Source: Candidatus Levybacteria bacterium GW2011_GWA1_37_16 | GTDB lineage: Bacteria; Patescibacteriota; Microgenomatia; Levybacterales; UBA12049 | DNA: 64,000 bases | Reading direction: 5' to 3' | Assembly (NCBI GenBank): GCA_943357985.1 | Contig: CALRGR010000004.1 | Location: forward strand, 1,238 to 65,237 | Part shown: one piece after another, positions 27,750 to 38,701 of the stretch | How the letters are laid out: the number at the start of each line of letters is the position of its first letter | How positions within the stretch are numbered: the stretch's first letter is position 1 | The notes under the pieces: model-generated | Databases searched by the model: none | Told to the model about the DNA's origin: nothing | What the model saw: only the letters and a program-made list of their open reading frames with translations | Program-made: the position numbers and the translations under genes

Positions 27750-29330
27750 TTGAATAATAATCAACAATTTAAGCTTTCACCTCTTGCTCAAAAATTTATT
27801 GAAGTAATATCATATAAGCCTGAGCAGATTTACGGTAAGAAGATCTCCGTAGATTCTGTTGTTGCTGATGTTGCAAGCTTTTATGAAAAAATTAGAAACG
27901 CGATGGAATACCAGGAAGAAGAGGTGGTATTTCGTGTAGCAATTGAAAGAATTCTTAAAAGAAAACTTCTTCTTGGAAGTAATGGATTTAAAATAGCAGA
28001 GCCGTTGGTAAGAGAGCTTGCTTGGGCAAAATATTTCCCCGATAAAACTATTCCGGAAGCTCTAGTTGAGGAAGTAGCAAAAAAAATTAATTTATACATA
28101 AAGCTTTATGAAGAAGCTCCTAAGATATACGATTTAAATAAAAATATCTTGCACGAGTGGATAATAGATGTAATGTCTTCAGATATTGCTTTGACTATTA
28201 ACCCTAATAAGAATATTCAAATTGTTTCTAGTTTTATGTATCACGTCCTTGACGGGAAGATAAAGATTGTTGGTGATGAGCAGGAAGATAAAAATGCATT
28301 AATTTTTATAAATACTAGAAGAGCAGTAGCAAAAGAGGACAAGCCATTTCTTAGGTATCATCTTTTTTGTCAGTATTTTGGGAGTTTTGAGCAAAGTTCT
28401 TTTGATCAAGTTTTGGGAAATTTTTTAAAGGGATACAATAAAATAGAGCAGGCCTTTTACAATCCGTTAAACGAGCAGATTTATACCTATATTAGAAAGC
28501 GTTGCGTCCCTTTTATTATTCTAAAGAAAATGCTAGATGGATATAAAGATCAGACTATAACAATTCTTCAAGATCCGGAGCAATTAACTTCTATAGTCTC
28601 AAAGATATGTAGCGATTCCTATCAAGGTATTCACAAAAGAGTTAGAACGGCAATAGTTAGAAGTGTAATATTTCTTTTTGCAACTAAAGTTATTTTTGCG
28701 ATTTTGATAGAAGGAAGCATAGAAAGGCAGCTTTTTGGCCATGTTTCATGGGGATTTTTAAGTATAACTATTTTAACTCCGACATTTTTAATGTTTCTAT
28801 CTATATTTTTTATAAGCGTGCCGGATGAAAACAACACAAAAGTTATTCTAGATAAATTAAAGACAATTCTTTATGATCCGGAAATATCTGAAATTGAGGA
28901 AGTAAATTTTAGTACCCATACAAAAAAAGCTCCTTTTTTAAATACTGTATTTATAACGCTTTGGTTTTTTGTGTTTGGTGCAGGTATTTGGGGAATTGTG
29001 TCTGTTTTAAGCATCTTTAATGTTAATTTTATTAGCCAGATAGTATTTATATTATTTTTAATAATTGTTTCTTTTTTAATGTTTAGAATTAACCAATCTT
29101 CAAAAGTGTACAATGCTTATGAAGATAATAATGGCTTTTTATCGGTCTTATTTTATTTTGCATTCATGCCTTTTGTGCTCTTGGGAAAAAGACTTACTGT
29201 AAGTTTTTCAAAGATTAATATATTTTTACTTTTGTTTGACTTTATAATTGAAACTCCATTCAAAACTCTTTTCGGTTTTTTTGAGAAGTGGTTTACATTT
29301 ATGCGCTCCCAAAGAGAAAAACTAGGTTAA
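27750..29330 (+). CDS. Hypothetical multi-pass membrane protein
   Basis: 526-aa ORF; soluble N-half, several C-terminal TM helices. Confidence 0.75.
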   Translation: MNNNQQFKLSPLAQKFIEVISYKPEQIYGKKISVDSVVADVASFYEKIRNAMEYQEEEVVFRVAIERILKRKLLLGSNGFKIAEPLVRELAWAKYFPDKTIPEALVEEVAKKINLYIKLYEEAPKIYDLNKNILHEWIIDVMSSDIALTINPNKNIQIVSSFMYHVLDGKIKIVGDEQEDKNALIFINTRRAVAKEDKPFLRYHLFCQYFGSFEQSSFDQVLGNFLKGYNKIEQAFYNPLNEQIYTYIRKRCVPFIILKKMLDGYKDQTITILQDPEQLTSIVSKICSDSYQGIHKRVRTAIVRSVIFLFATKVIFAILIEGSIERQLFGHVSWGFLSITILTPTFLMFLSIFFISVPDENNTKVILDKLKTILYDPEISEIEEVNFSTHTKKAPFLNTVFITLWFFVFGAGIWGIVSVLSIFNVNFISQIVFILFLIIVSFLMFRINQSSKVYNAYEDNNGFLSVLFYFAFMPFVLLGKRLTVSFSKINIFLLLFDFIIETPFKTLFGFFEKWFTFMRSQREKLG

Positions 29331-29415
29331 TTTAATACTTCTTATGTAATTATCTTAATGAGTCTGAGTGTTGGGGTGGATTGGGAGGAATTAATCCTCA
29401 GCGTATGACTTTATG

Positions 29416-30438
29416 TTACTTGGTAATATCTTTTATTTCTTCGTTTTTAATATTGAGAAAATAGTGGCCGAATTTGCGAGTCATAATTGCGCTTATTCCC
29501 AAAACCGGAATTGCCAAAAGCGCGCCAAGTGCTCCTGCAAATTGCATACCAACTAAAAATGAAATTAATATAATTGCGGGATGTATCTTAAAAGCTCTGC
29601 CCAAAAGTCTTGGTCCAATTATATTAAAAGTTATTTGTTGAGCAATAATTAGTATTGCGGCAATAATTAAGGCTTTTGTAGGATCTACTAAAAAAGCTAC
29701 CAAAACTGGTGGGATAACGGCTATAAACGGCCCAATTAAAGGAATAAAGGCAAAGCTACCAGCTATAAAAGCTATTGAAGCTGCAAATTCTATATTTAAA
29801 GCTCTTAAAACTATCCAGGTTAATATTCCAGAAGAGATTCCATAAAAAAGTTGAACTCTAAGAAAAGAGACAAATATTTCATTGATTGATTTTTGCGTAA
29901 AACGTAAAAAACCGTGCCAAGTTTTGGGCATAAGGTTAAAAAACTCTTGATTAATCTTTTCCCGGTCTACTATAAAATAAAAAGATAGAATAAGTGTGAT
30001 AAAAGCCGATAGTAAGAATGAAGCAAAGGAAGGTATTAAAATTACAGAATTGCTGATTTGCTCTGTAATTGATTTGACTAGGTTTGCTACAACAGGAGGT
30101 GCAGACCGCAAGTATTGGGGAAGGGTATTTATGATCGTTAGTATCTGAGATGTTACCAGTGGAAGATAAATAATGCTTATTACTACCAAAAGAGCGAAGA
30201 AAAGAATATAGGTAATGGTAGTGGCGATAAGTTTTGAAATATTCAGTTTTTGTAGTCTTTCTACTATTGGATCTAGGATAAAACTTAGAAGCCAAGCGGA
30301 TAAAAGCATAACAAATAGATCCAAAAATTTACTTAACATAGCCCATGCAAGAGATAAAACATAACTACCCGTAGCTATAATAAGCAGGATAATAAGGATT
30401 CTAACTAAAGTGTAGTTTTTTCTAATTTCTTCAAACAT
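29416..30438 (-). CDS. AI-2E (PerM) family transporter
   Basis: FIPLIGP, IIGPRLLG, IHP, GALLAIP. Confidence 0.88.
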   Translation of the reverse strand: MFEEIRKNYTLVRILIILLIIATGSYVLSLAWAMLSKFLDLFVMLLSAWLLSFILDPIVERLQKLNISKLIATTITYILFFALLVVISIIYLPLVTSQILTIINTLPQYLRSAPPVVANLVKSITEQISNSVILIPSFASFLLSAFITLILSFYFIVDREKINQEFFNLMPKTWHGFLRFTQKSINEIFVSFLRVQLFYGISSGILTWIVLRALNIEFAASIAFIAGSFAFIPLIGPFIAVIPPVLVAFLVDPTKALIIAAILIIAQQITFNIIGPRLLGRAFKIHPAIILISFLVGMQFAGALGALLAIPVLGISAIMTRKFGHYFLNIKNEEIKDITK

Positions 30439-30505
30439 TTAACTATATTTAGTCTATCACAAATTAAAATATAGATACTAATCTAAATTTGCTATAATTA
30501 ACACC

Positions 30506-31468
30506 ATGAATTTGAGTGTTGGAATCGTGGGTCTTCCGAATGTGGGGAAGTCGACGTTGTTTAATGCGCTTTTGAAAAAGCAGCAAGCTTTGGCTGCGAA
30601 TTATCCTTTTGCCACAATTGAGCCAAATGTAGGAATAGTTCCTGTTCCGGACGAAAGATTACTAAAACTCGCCGAAATAACTCGTGATGAAGAAAAGATG
30701 TCTGCGCTTCCTCCAATAAAACCGGCAACAGTTGAATTTGTTGACATCGCGGGTTTGGTTAAAGGAGCAAGTGAAGGAGAAGGATTGGGAAATAAGTTTT
30801 TATCTCATATTCGAGAAGTTAAAATTATTGCTCATGTAGTTAGGGTATTTGAGGATGAAAATGTTATCAAAGAGGGAAGCGTTGACGCCAAAAGTGATTA
30901 TGAAACAATTAGAATAGAGCTTGAGCTTTCTGATCTTGAAAAAAAAGGTGAGCCATTGGCAGAAAAACCCGAGATTATAGTTTTAAATGTTTCGGAAAGT
31001 GATTACACAAAAGATAAAATTCCTGAAATCCTTCAAAATTATGCAAACGTTTTAGGGGTTCAACCCCTAAAGCTGGTTGTAATATCAGCCCAAATAGAAA
31101 GTGAACTGGCAGGTTTAACAGAAGATGAGCAAAAAGAATATTTGAAAGATTTGGGACTGGAATATTCTGGTCTCGAGCGATTAATTCAAAAAGCTTATCA
31201 AGAGCTCGGTTTAATCTCGTTTTTAACCTCGGGAGAGAAAGAGGTGCGGGCATGGACTGTTAAACGCGGTTCTACGTCTGTTGAAGCAGCAGGGGAGATA
31301 CATACGGATTTCATGAAGAAATTTATAAAAGCAGAAGTAATTTCATTTGAAGATTTTGTTTCGTGTGGCGGTTGGAAGAAAGCTAGGGAATTAGGAAAAG
31401 CAAGATTAGAAGGCCGCGATTATGTAGTAAGAGACGGGGATGTAATGGAATTTAAAATCGGTTCCTAG
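30506..31468 (+). CDS. ychF: Ribosome-binding ATPase YchF (shortened)
   Basis: GIVGLPNVGKSTLFNAL, ANYPFATIEPN, DIAGLV, TGS domain. Confidence 0.95.
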   Translation: MNLSVGIVGLPNVGKSTLFNALLKKQQALAANYPFATIEPNVGIVPVPDERLLKLAEITRDEEKMSALPPIKPATVEFVDIAGLVKGASEGEGLGNKFLSHIREVKIIAHVVRVFEDENVIKEGSVDAKSDYETIRIELELSDLEKKGEPLAEKPEIIVLNVSESDYTKDKIPEILQNYANVLGVQPLKLVVISAQIESELAGLTEDEQKEYLKDLGLEYSGLERLIQKAYQELGLISFLTSGEKEVRAWTVKRGSTSVEAAGEIHTDFMKKFIKAEVISFEDFVSCGGWKKARELGKARLEGRDYVVRDGDVMEFKIGS

Positions 31469-31521
31469 AAGGAATTCGTGCTTGCAACCCTTTTATCTGT
31501 ATGGTAAGATTAAGCTCAATT

Positions 31522-31797
31522 ATGAGAAATTATGAATTAGTTTTGGTTTTAAGACCATCTCTTAAAGAAGCAGACAGAAAAAAGATTGTTGATACCATAA
31601 AAGGGTGGATTGGTGTGCTTAAAATTACAAAAGAAGATGATATGGGAACAAAAGTTCTTTCATACCCAATTAAAAAAGAGTCTTCGGCTGTTTATTTGAG
31701 TCTTCAATTGGAAGGCGAAAATGTTCCTTTGGACCTTGAAAAGAGGATCATGGCAAATGATAATATAATTAGGCACTTACTTTTGAGAACTAAATAA
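31522..31797 (+). CDS. rpsF: 30S ribosomal protein S6
   Basis: MRNYEL, LSYPIKK, IIRHL; rpsF-ssb-rpsR order. Confidence 0.92.
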   Translation: MRNYELVLVLRPSLKEADRKKIVDTIKGWIGVLKITKEDDMGTKVLSYPIKKESSAVYLSLQLEGENVPLDLEKRIMANDNIIRHLLLRTK

Positions 31798-32315
31798 TGG
31801 CAAGAAGTTTAAATAGAGCACAATTAATAGGAAATTTAACACGCGACCCAGAGCTTAGATATACTCCAAACGGAACGGCTGTTTGTTCTTTTGGGCTTGC
31901 AACTAACAGAAATTGGACATCAGATACTGGTGAAAAACATGATGAGGCAGAATTCCATAAAATAGTTGCTTGGAATAAGCTTGCAGAGCTTTGCTCTCAG
32001 TTCTTAGTTAAAGGAAGAAAAGTTTTTGTTGAAGGAAGACTTGCTACTAGAAGCTGGCAGGCACAAGACGGAACTCAAAGGACTTCAACGGAAGTTGTAA
32101 TATCTGACATGATTCTTTTAGACAGCAAAAGACCAGAGGAAGATAAAATGGAGAGTTCGCCTGAACCAACAGATGGAGAGGTAGAAAAAAAACCCAAAAA
32201 GGTTTCTAAAAAGGTCGAAGATGCTGAGCAAAGTCGAAGTAAAGATGATAAGGAGGAGGAAGTAGCACCCGTAGTGAAAGAAGAAGAAGTTGCCCCGGAT
32301 GATATTCCATTTTAA
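31797..32315 (+). CDS. ssb: Single-stranded DNA-binding protein
   Basis: LIGNLTRDPELRYT, C-terminal DDIPF. Confidence 0.97.
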   Translation: MARSLNRAQLIGNLTRDPELRYTPNGTAVCSFGLATNRNWTSDTGEKHDEAEFHKIVAWNKLAELCSQFLVKGRKVFVEGRLATRSWQAQDGTQRTSTEVVISDMILLDSKRPEEDKMESSPEPTDGEVEKKPKKVSKKVEDAEQSRSKDDKEEEVAPVVKEEEVAPDDIPF

Positions 32316-32330
32316 TTTTATTTAAAATAT

Positions 32331-32567
32331 ATGCCAAAAGAAAATAGAAGACCTATGAAAGTTGTTAAGAAATGTCAGTTTTGTAAAGACAAAACGCTGC
32401 CTGCATTTAAGGATACTGCGGTTCTTAAAAGATATCTGACAGAAAGAGGAAAGATATTGCCAAGACTTAGAAGCGGAGTTTGTGCAAAACACCAAAGAAG
32501 ACTTGCACAAAGCATTAAACATGCAAGACATTTGGCGCTTTTGCCTTTTGTTTCAAGGGAAAGCTAG
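32331..32567 (+). CDS. rpsR: 30S ribosomal protein S18
   Basis: [23 protein letters not shown]. Confidence 0.95.
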   Translation: MPKENRRPMKVVKKCQFCKDKTLPAFKDTAVLKRYLTERGKILPRLRSGVCAKHQRRLAQSIKHARHLALLPFVSRES

Positions 32568-32608
32568 CTGGTTCCTTATGGTAGTGGATAAGTATAAGGT
32601 ATCCTCTT

Positions 32609-33880
32609 ATGAATAAAAGAATACAAAGATTAAGAATAGCGCTCGTAATCCTTATATCTCTTTTGGTCGGTTATTACTTTGGAGTAAATAAAGTAACTTT
32701 TGATTGGAAAAATTATAATCCCCAAATTGCTGTTGTAAATAAAGAACCACCGGTAGAGCTTACGGCTGTCGATTTTGCCCAATTTTGGACAGTCTGGTCA
32801 AAAATACAGAAAACTTACTATGATAAAACAAAGGTTGATCCACAAAAAATGCTTGATGGAGCAATAAGTGGTATGGTGCAAAGCCTTGGGGATCCTTATA
32901 CTCTTTATCTTCCACCCGTACAAAATGGTGATTTTAAAGATGGATTGGCCGGACAATTTCAGGGAATTGGAGCACGGTTGATGATGTTTAATAACCAAAT
33001 AACTGTTGAAGTTCCACTTGTAGGAAGTCCAGCCGAAAAAGCAGGAATAAAAGCACAGGATACGATTGTTAAAGTTGATGGCAAAAGTACGGCAGGCTGG
33101 GATTTAAATAAAGCTGTGAGTGTTATAAGAGGGCCTAAGGGTACGGACGTTGTATTAACAATTTTACAAAAAGGCGCAGCCAGTACAAAAGATATTAAAG
33201 TTACAAGAGATGTAATAACTATTAAAAGCGTAGATGGCTGGGTAAAGCAAGTAAGGAATGTAGATAAAATTAAGACGACAGATGTTTTTAAAAATCATCA
33301 AAGTGACGCAGTCGCATACATAAGGCTTTCCCAGTTTGGAGATGATACAAATAAAGATTGGGTAGCTTTGGTTACAAAGCTTATGACAGATATAAACAAA
33401 GAGAAAAGTTTCAAGGGAATAATTCTGGATCTTAGAAATAATCCGGGAGGATATTTGTCAGATGCGACATTTATTGCCTCGGAATTTTTAAGCGAAGGGA
33501 CATCTGTGGTAATCCAGGATTCAGGAACCGATAAGCAGACCCTAGCCGCTTCAAGAAAGGGAATGTTTCTAGATACACCATTGGTGATTCTTATAAATAA
33601 AGGATCTGCGTCTGCATCGGAAATTGTTTCGGGAGCTATGCAGGATTATGATAGGGCAAAACTTGTAGGTGAAATTTCTTTTGGCAAAGGAACAATTCAG
33701 CAAGCAGAAGATTTGGGAGACGGAGCAGGCCTTCACATAACAGTTGCAAAATGGCTTACTCCAAAAGAGCGCTGGATCCACGGAACAGGACTTACGCCTG
33801 ATGTTTCTGTACTTTTAGATGCAAAGGATCCTACCCGGGATACTCAACTTGAAAAAGCTATAGAAGAGTTAGTAAAATAA
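32609..33880 (+). CDS. ctpA: Carboxyl-terminal processing protease (S41, PDZ)
   Basis: DPYT, GIGA, DLRNNPGG, SASASEI, GKGTIQ. Confidence 0.92.
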   Translation: MNKRIQRLRIALVILISLLVGYYFGVNKVTFDWKNYNPQIAVVNKEPPVELTAVDFAQFWTVWSKIQKTYYDKTKVDPQKMLDGAISGMVQSLGDPYTLYLPPVQNGDFKDGLAGQFQGIGARLMMFNNQITVEVPLVGSPAEKAGIKAQDTIVKVDGKSTAGWDLNKAVSVIRGPKGTDVVLTILQKGAASTKDIKVTRDVITIKSVDGWVKQVRNVDKIKTTDVFKNHQSDAVAYIRLSQFGDDTNKDWVALVTKLMTDINKEKSFKGIILDLRNNPGGYLSDATFIASEFLSEGTSVVIQDSGTDKQTLAASRKGMFLDTPLVILINKGSASASEIVSGAMQDYDRAKLVGEISFGKGTIQQAEDLGDGAGLHITVAKWLTPKERWIHGTGLTPDVSVLLDAKDPTRDTQLEKAIEELVK

Positions 33881-33887
33881 ATCCTCA

Positions 33888-34838
33888 ATGATACAACGCG
33901 ACATTCTGCTTAAGGAGCATACGAGTTTTAGGATAGGTGGTAATGCCCGTTATTTTCTAAGAGCTGCGGATATAGAAGAATTAAAAAAGGGATTAAAAGA
34001 ATGGAAAGAGCTTTCTGCATCTTTTTCTGACGATGAAAAAAGGATATTTGTTTTGGGTGGGGGAACTAATCTTTTAGTTTCGGAAAATGGATTTCCGGGT
34101 CTCGTAATTCATCCGGAAATAAAATTTATAGAAAGAAGTAACTCAGGAGCTAAAGTAGGCGCGGGAGATGCAGTCAGTTCTTTTGTCAATTTCTGTTTGG
34201 AAAATTCTCTTTCCGGATTTGAGTGGGCGGGAGGACTTCCTGGAACTATTGGAGGCGCAATAAGAGGTAATGCGGGCGCATTTGGAGGGGAAACAAAAGA
34301 CAGTATCATTGAAGTTGAAAGTCTTGATATAGACTCGCTTAAAACAAAAAGAAGAAATGCGGCGCAGTGTAAATTTGGCTATAGAGACAGCGTTTTTAAG
34401 AGTGGGGAAGGATTAAATGAAATAATAATATCCGCTCAATTTTCTGTTGAAACAGGCGATACGGACACTGTAAGAGCCGAAACGGACGATCATATTGAAT
34501 ACAGAAAAGATAGACACCCTTTGCATTTACCAAATGCCGGAAGTATTTTTAAGAATGTTGCAGTTGAAAAAATAAGGGCTGATGTTTTAAAGCAGTTTGA
34601 GGGACATATTAAAAATGATCCATTTCCTGTTTTGCCTGCAGCAAAAATAATTGCGCAGTCGGGTATTGTCGGGCACAAAATAGGAGGCGCTCAGGTTTCC
34701 GAAACCCATCCAAATTTTATAGTAAGCGTGGAAGAGGCGACAGCTCAGGATGTGAAAGATTTGATTGTATTTGAACAACAGGAAATAAAAGAAAAATATA
34801 ATATTGATCTTGAGCCAGAAATAATGTTTGTTGAATAG
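33888..34838 (+). CDS. murB: UDP-N-acetylenolpyruvoylglucosamine reductase
   Basis: GGGTNLL, PGTIGGA..GNAGA, NAGSIFKN, HPNFIV, LEPE. Confidence 0.95.
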   Translation: MIQRDILLKEHTSFRIGGNARYFLRAADIEELKKGLKEWKELSASFSDDEKRIFVLGGGTNLLVSENGFPGLVIHPEIKFIERSNSGAKVGAGDAVSSFVNFCLENSLSGFEWAGGLPGTIGGAIRGNAGAFGGETKDSIIEVESLDIDSLKTKRRNAAQCKFGYRDSVFKSGEGLNEIIISAQFSVETGDTDTVRAETDDHIEYRKDRHPLHLPNAGSIFKNVAVEKIRADVLKQFEGHIKNDPFPVLPAAKIIAQSGIVGHKIGGAQVSETHPNFIVSVEEATAQDVKDLIVFEQQEIKEKYNIDLEPEIMFVE

Positions 34839-34996
34839 TCCACGTTTAGCGCTTAGGTCGTCTACGAAAATTTTATCGTTATCAATTGTACTGTCATAGA
34901 TTTTCAATGGGACAAGAATGAGCACCGCTTACGCTATTCAAAAATTTTGTAGACTCCTCGCGCCTTAACTATACGCTATTTTTTATTTTCTATACG

Positions 34997-35710
34997 CTAC
35001 TTTATGGAGTCGTAGCCGGGGAAGAAGTCTAATTTAATTCTGTCTTCCGGTAATCCCATTTCTTTAAGAGTTTTTTCAAAAGCTTCGGTCATTACTTCTG
35101 GTCCGGAGACATACACCATCGATTCGTTTGTAATTTCATCAATTGCTTCTTGGATGTCTTCTTTTTCAATATGTTTTGGGCTTACGAAGTATTTTATTTT
35201 GAAGGTTGGATGTGTTACAGCTAATGTTTCGAGTTCTTCTTTGAAAACAAAATTATTGTCATGATTTGCGTAGAGAAGGGTAACATTTATTGGTAAATTT
35301 TTGTGGTCTAAGTCGAGCAGTATGCTTCTATATGGCGTAATTCCAATTCCGCCTGCAATGAAAATAAGTTTTTTGCCCGGGTCGCCCGCCTTGCTGCGAG
35401 GCAGGTCTACGGTGAAATCTCCGTCCGTGTCGGTTACTTCAAGCTCCATTCCAATGGGGGAGGAGAAAAGTTTTTGTTTAAAACTACTTGGGTGTTTGTC
35501 TGCAAGCTTTGTTGTTAGCATAATATGTTCTTCAAAAGGTGCCGAGGATACGGTGAAATAACGGGTTACGCCACGCTGATCCGGATTATTGTGGGGGAAT
35601 GTATAGAATAGAAACTGTCCTGCAACCCATTTTACAGGAGTTGGGCTTTTGAAAATAAAAGATGTTACGCTTTGCGTTTCCCTCTTTTTTTCTACTAGCT
35701 CAATTTTCAT
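34997..35710 (-). CDS. FAD/NAD-binding oxidoreductase (FNR-like)
   Basis: RYFTVSS, FIAGGIGITP, YVSGP. Confidence 0.88.
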   Translation of the reverse strand: MKIELVEKKRETQSVTSFIFKSPTPVKWVAGQFLFYTFPHNNPDQRGVTRYFTVSSAPFEEHIMLTTKLADKHPSSFKQKLFSSPIGMELEVTDTDGDFTVDLPRSKAGDPGKKLIFIAGGIGITPYRSILLDLDHKNLPINVTLLYANHDNNFVFKEELETLAVTHPTFKIKYFVSPKHIEKEDIQEAIDEITNESMVYVSGPEVMTEAFEKTLKEMGLPEDRIKLDFFPGYDSIK

Positions 35711-35738
35711 ATTTCTAATATACTATAGATTATACTTC

Positions 35739-37418
35739 ATGGGAGAAATATTTTTTGAAATAACAATTATTGTTTGTTTGGCAGCTTTTTTTTCTTTTAT
35801 TTTCCGTTTTTTTAGGCAGCCGCCCATTTTAGCTTATATTTTAACTGGTATTGTTTTGGGACCTCTTGGACTTCTTAATCTTCAAGGACAAGAGGTATTA
35901 GTTTCGCTGGCTGAAATAGGAATTACTCTTCTTCTTTTTATGCTTGGATTGGAACTTAAATTTTCAGAGCTAAAATCTGTAGGTAAAGCCTCAGTTATTA
36001 TTGGCCTAGTCCAGATAATTTTTACCTCCTTAGTAGGATATTTTATTTGTATTGTATTGGGTTTTTCTCAGATAACATCTGTTTACGTAGGCGTGGCTCT
36101 TACTTTTTCAAGTACCATAATTATCGTAAAGCTTCTTTCAGACAAGAAAGACCTCAATAGTCTTTATGGAAAGATATCCATTGGTTTTCTTCTTGTCCAG
36201 GATTTTATAGCAATAATTGCCCTTATTTTTCTGTCTGGATTTTCATCAGGGGAGTCTGTGTCTTATGTAACTTTTATTATATTAATTTTGAAAGCAACAG
36301 CTTTGTTTGTCGCTGTAATACTTGCTAGCAAGTATTTAGTGCCAGGAATGGTAAATAGAATTGCGCATAGCCATGAGACTCTTTTTCTTTTTAGTATTGC
36401 ATGGGCATTCGGAATTTCTGCGCTTGTAAGCTCATCTTTCATAGGATTTTCTATAGAAATTGGTGGATTCTTAGCAGGACTTTCTCTTGCCAATTCTATT
36501 GAAAGCAGTCAGATTGCAACAAAAATAAGACCTCTAAGAGATTTTTTTATAACCATCTTTTTTGTGACACTTGGAATGAGAATGTTAATTTCCAATTTCT
36601 CGCCTATACTTATTCCTGGAATAATTCTTTCAAGCTTTATCCTCATAGGAAATCCTTTGATTGTTATGGTTATTATGGGAGTTTTGGGCTATAGGAAAAG
36701 AACAGGACTTTTAACAGGGCTTACTGTTGCACAAATTTCTGAATTCTCTCTAATTGTCATATATATGGGAAATAGGATTGGCCACGTTTCGGATGATGTG
36801 GTCTCTTTAGTTACTTTTGTTGGAGCGATAACCTTTGTAGTATCAACCTATATGATTATTAATGGAAACCGTCTTTATAGAGTGTTGTCTCCATACCTTG
36901 GATTATTTGAAAGGAATAAAATAAAAGAAAAAAGAATGAGTGTACAGCCTTTTGAAGACCATGCGGTATTAATTGGCGCAAGAAGAACGGGGGGGCAAAT
37001 TCTAGAAGCGCTACTTAAAGACGAAAATAGAAAAATAGTAGTGGTAGATTTTGATCCTTACATTGTAGAAGATTTACAGGAAGACAAGATAACAACTTTA
37101 TATGGAGACATATCAGACCCAGAGATTCAGGAATTAGCAGGCATTGCTAAGGCAAAACTTATAATCTCAACAGTGTCAGACATGGAAGATAATATTCTTC
37201 TTTTGAAAGCAATTAAGAATTTAAAGAAAAAACCAAAAGTTATTTTGCTTGCTTTAGAAAAGCATGAAGCAGTGGAACTTTATAAAGAGGGAGCAGATTA
37301 CGTTATTCTTCCTCACATTGCAGGGGGGCACCATATTGCGAAAATACTTTTAGATAAAGATTATATGAAGCTTATAGAGAGGTATAAAGAAAAAGAGATG
37401 CCTCTTTTATTTGATTAG
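35739..37418 (+). CDS. Kef-type cation:proton antiporter (CPA2) with TrkA-N domain
   Basis: LLFMLGLE, SST, VQD, GGFLAG, QISEF, YGD; likely ATG 35739. Confidence 0.9.
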   Translation: MGEIFFEITIIVCLAAFFSFIFRFFRQPPILAYILTGIVLGPLGLLNLQGQEVLVSLAEIGITLLLFMLGLELKFSELKSVGKASVIIGLVQIIFTSLVGYFICIVLGFSQITSVYVGVALTFSSTIIIVKLLSDKKDLNSLYGKISIGFLLVQDFIAIIALIFLSGFSSGESVSYVTFIILILKATALFVAVILASKYLVPGMVNRIAHSHETLFLFSIAWAFGISALVSSSFIGFSIEIGGFLAGLSLANSIESSQIATKIRPLRDFFITIFFVTLGMRMLISNFSPILIPGIILSSFILIGNPLIVMVIMGVLGYRKRTGLLTGLTVAQISEFSLIVIYMGNRIGHVSDDVVSLVTFVGAITFVVSTYMIINGNRLYRVLSPYLGLFERNKIKEKRMSVQPFEDHAVLIGARRTGGQILEALLKDENRKIVVVDFDPYIVEDLQEDKITTLYGDISDPEIQELAGIAKAKLIISTVSDMEDNILLLKAIKNLKKKPKVILLALEKHEAVELYKEGADYVILPHIAGGHHIAKILLDKDYMKLIERYKEKEMPLLFD

Positions 37419-37429
37419 TTCTAAATATA

Positions 37430-38344
37430 TTAAGGAGTTTGATTTTCTTGAGTTGTTACATCTTTAATTACTTCGCCAATTTCTCCAGACATTAAAACCG
37501 GCAAGTTATGCCAGCTTTTATTGATTCTGTGATCCGTGAGTCTATCCTGCGGAAAGTTATAAGTTCTTATTTTTTCTGATCGCATTCCCCGTCCTACTTG
37601 TGTTGATTTAATGGAAGCAAGTTGGGATTGTTTTTTTTCTATTTCTATTTCCCAAAGCTTTGCACGAAGTAGCTTCATTGCATTTTCTCTGTTTTGTGCC
37701 TGGTGTCTTTCAGTTTGGGCTGTAACTACAATCCCTGTTGGTTTGTGCACTATTCTTACAGCAGTGGACACTTTATTTACGTTTTGCCCACCATGACCAC
37801 CGGCTCTGTATGCGCTAAACTCTATATCTTCCGTTGCAATGTGTAAATCTATATCATCAAGTTCCGGCAATATGGAAACAGTTGCGGTTGAGGTATGAAC
37901 TCTTCCTCTTTTTTCCGTCAAGGGTACTCTTTGTACACGGTGAACACCTGCCTCATATTTAAAAAGTCCGAATGGTCCGCCAACTGGCGGATCTACCTTA
38001 GGTCGTCCTGAGATTTTGATTACGCTTTCATCTACTTGCTCAACGGTAAGGCCAATAGTTTGTGCGTATCTGGAATACATTCTAAGAAGCTCATCTCCCC
38101 ATTGCTTTGCTTCTTCTCCGCCGGCTGCGCCTTTTATATCCATTATGACATCACGCTGGTCAAGAGAATCTTCTGCGGGTTTATAACTGGCAGCAATTTC
38201 ATCTTCAAGTTTTTTTCTTTGAACTTCAAGCTCGTCAATTTCTTCCTGAGCTAGTTTTCCCAAAAGGGGATCTAGGAGAAGCATTTTTGCCTCTTCAATC
38301 TTATTTTCAAGTTCCAAAAGTTGTACCTTCCTGTAATCATCCAT
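37430..38344 (-). CDS. prfA: Peptide chain release factor 1 (N-terminally shortened)
   Basis: HRVQRVPLT (PxT), [15 protein letters not shown]; downstream of rpmE. Confidence 0.92.
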   Translation of the reverse strand: MDDYRKVQLLELENKIEEAKMLLLDPLLGKLAQEEIDELEVQRKKLEDEIAASYKPAEDSLDQRDVIMDIKGAAGGEEAKQWGDELLRMYSRYAQTIGLTVEQVDESVIKISGRPKVDPPVGGPFGLFKYEAGVHRVQRVPLTEKRGRVHTSTATVSILPELDDIDLHIATEDIEFSAYRAGGHGGQNVNKVSTAVRIVHKPTGIVVTAQTERHQAQNRENAMKLLRAKLWEIEIEKKQSQLASIKSTQVGRGMRSEKIRTYNFPQDRLTDHRINKSWHNLPVLMSGEIGEVIKDVTTQENQTP

Positions 38345-38362
38345 GAAGTTCGGATAGGATAT

Positions 38363-38659
38363 CTATTTAACGGCCATTAGCATTTCGCGAAGAGTCTTAG
38401 GGGCATTGTCTGCTGCTTTTCTTTCTTCAATTTTCTTTGTTTTTTTGACAACAAAAGTTTGTGCAACTTTTTGTTTGTTTTGGAATTTTTGAATTCTAGA
38501 CGCGCTATCAACAAATTTTTGCTCACCAGTATAAAATGGGTGACATTTGTTGCAAAGTTCCACGTGAATTACTTCCTTAGTTGAGCCTATGGTAAATTTA
38601 TTTCCACATGCGCAAATAACCTGCGCTTCAAAGAACTGAGGATGAATATTTGCCTTCAT
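38363..38659 (-). CDS. rpmE: 50S ribosomal protein L31
   Basis: [21 protein letters not shown]. Confidence 0.96.
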   Translation of the reverse strand: MKANIHPQFFEAQVICACGNKFTIGSTKEVIHVELCNKCHPFYTGEQKFVDSASRIQKFQNKQKVAQTFVVKKTKKIEERKAADNAPKTLREMLMAVK

Positions 38660-38701
38660 TATGATACAATTATACCCTGTTTTTGAATATTAATCAATGC
38701 T

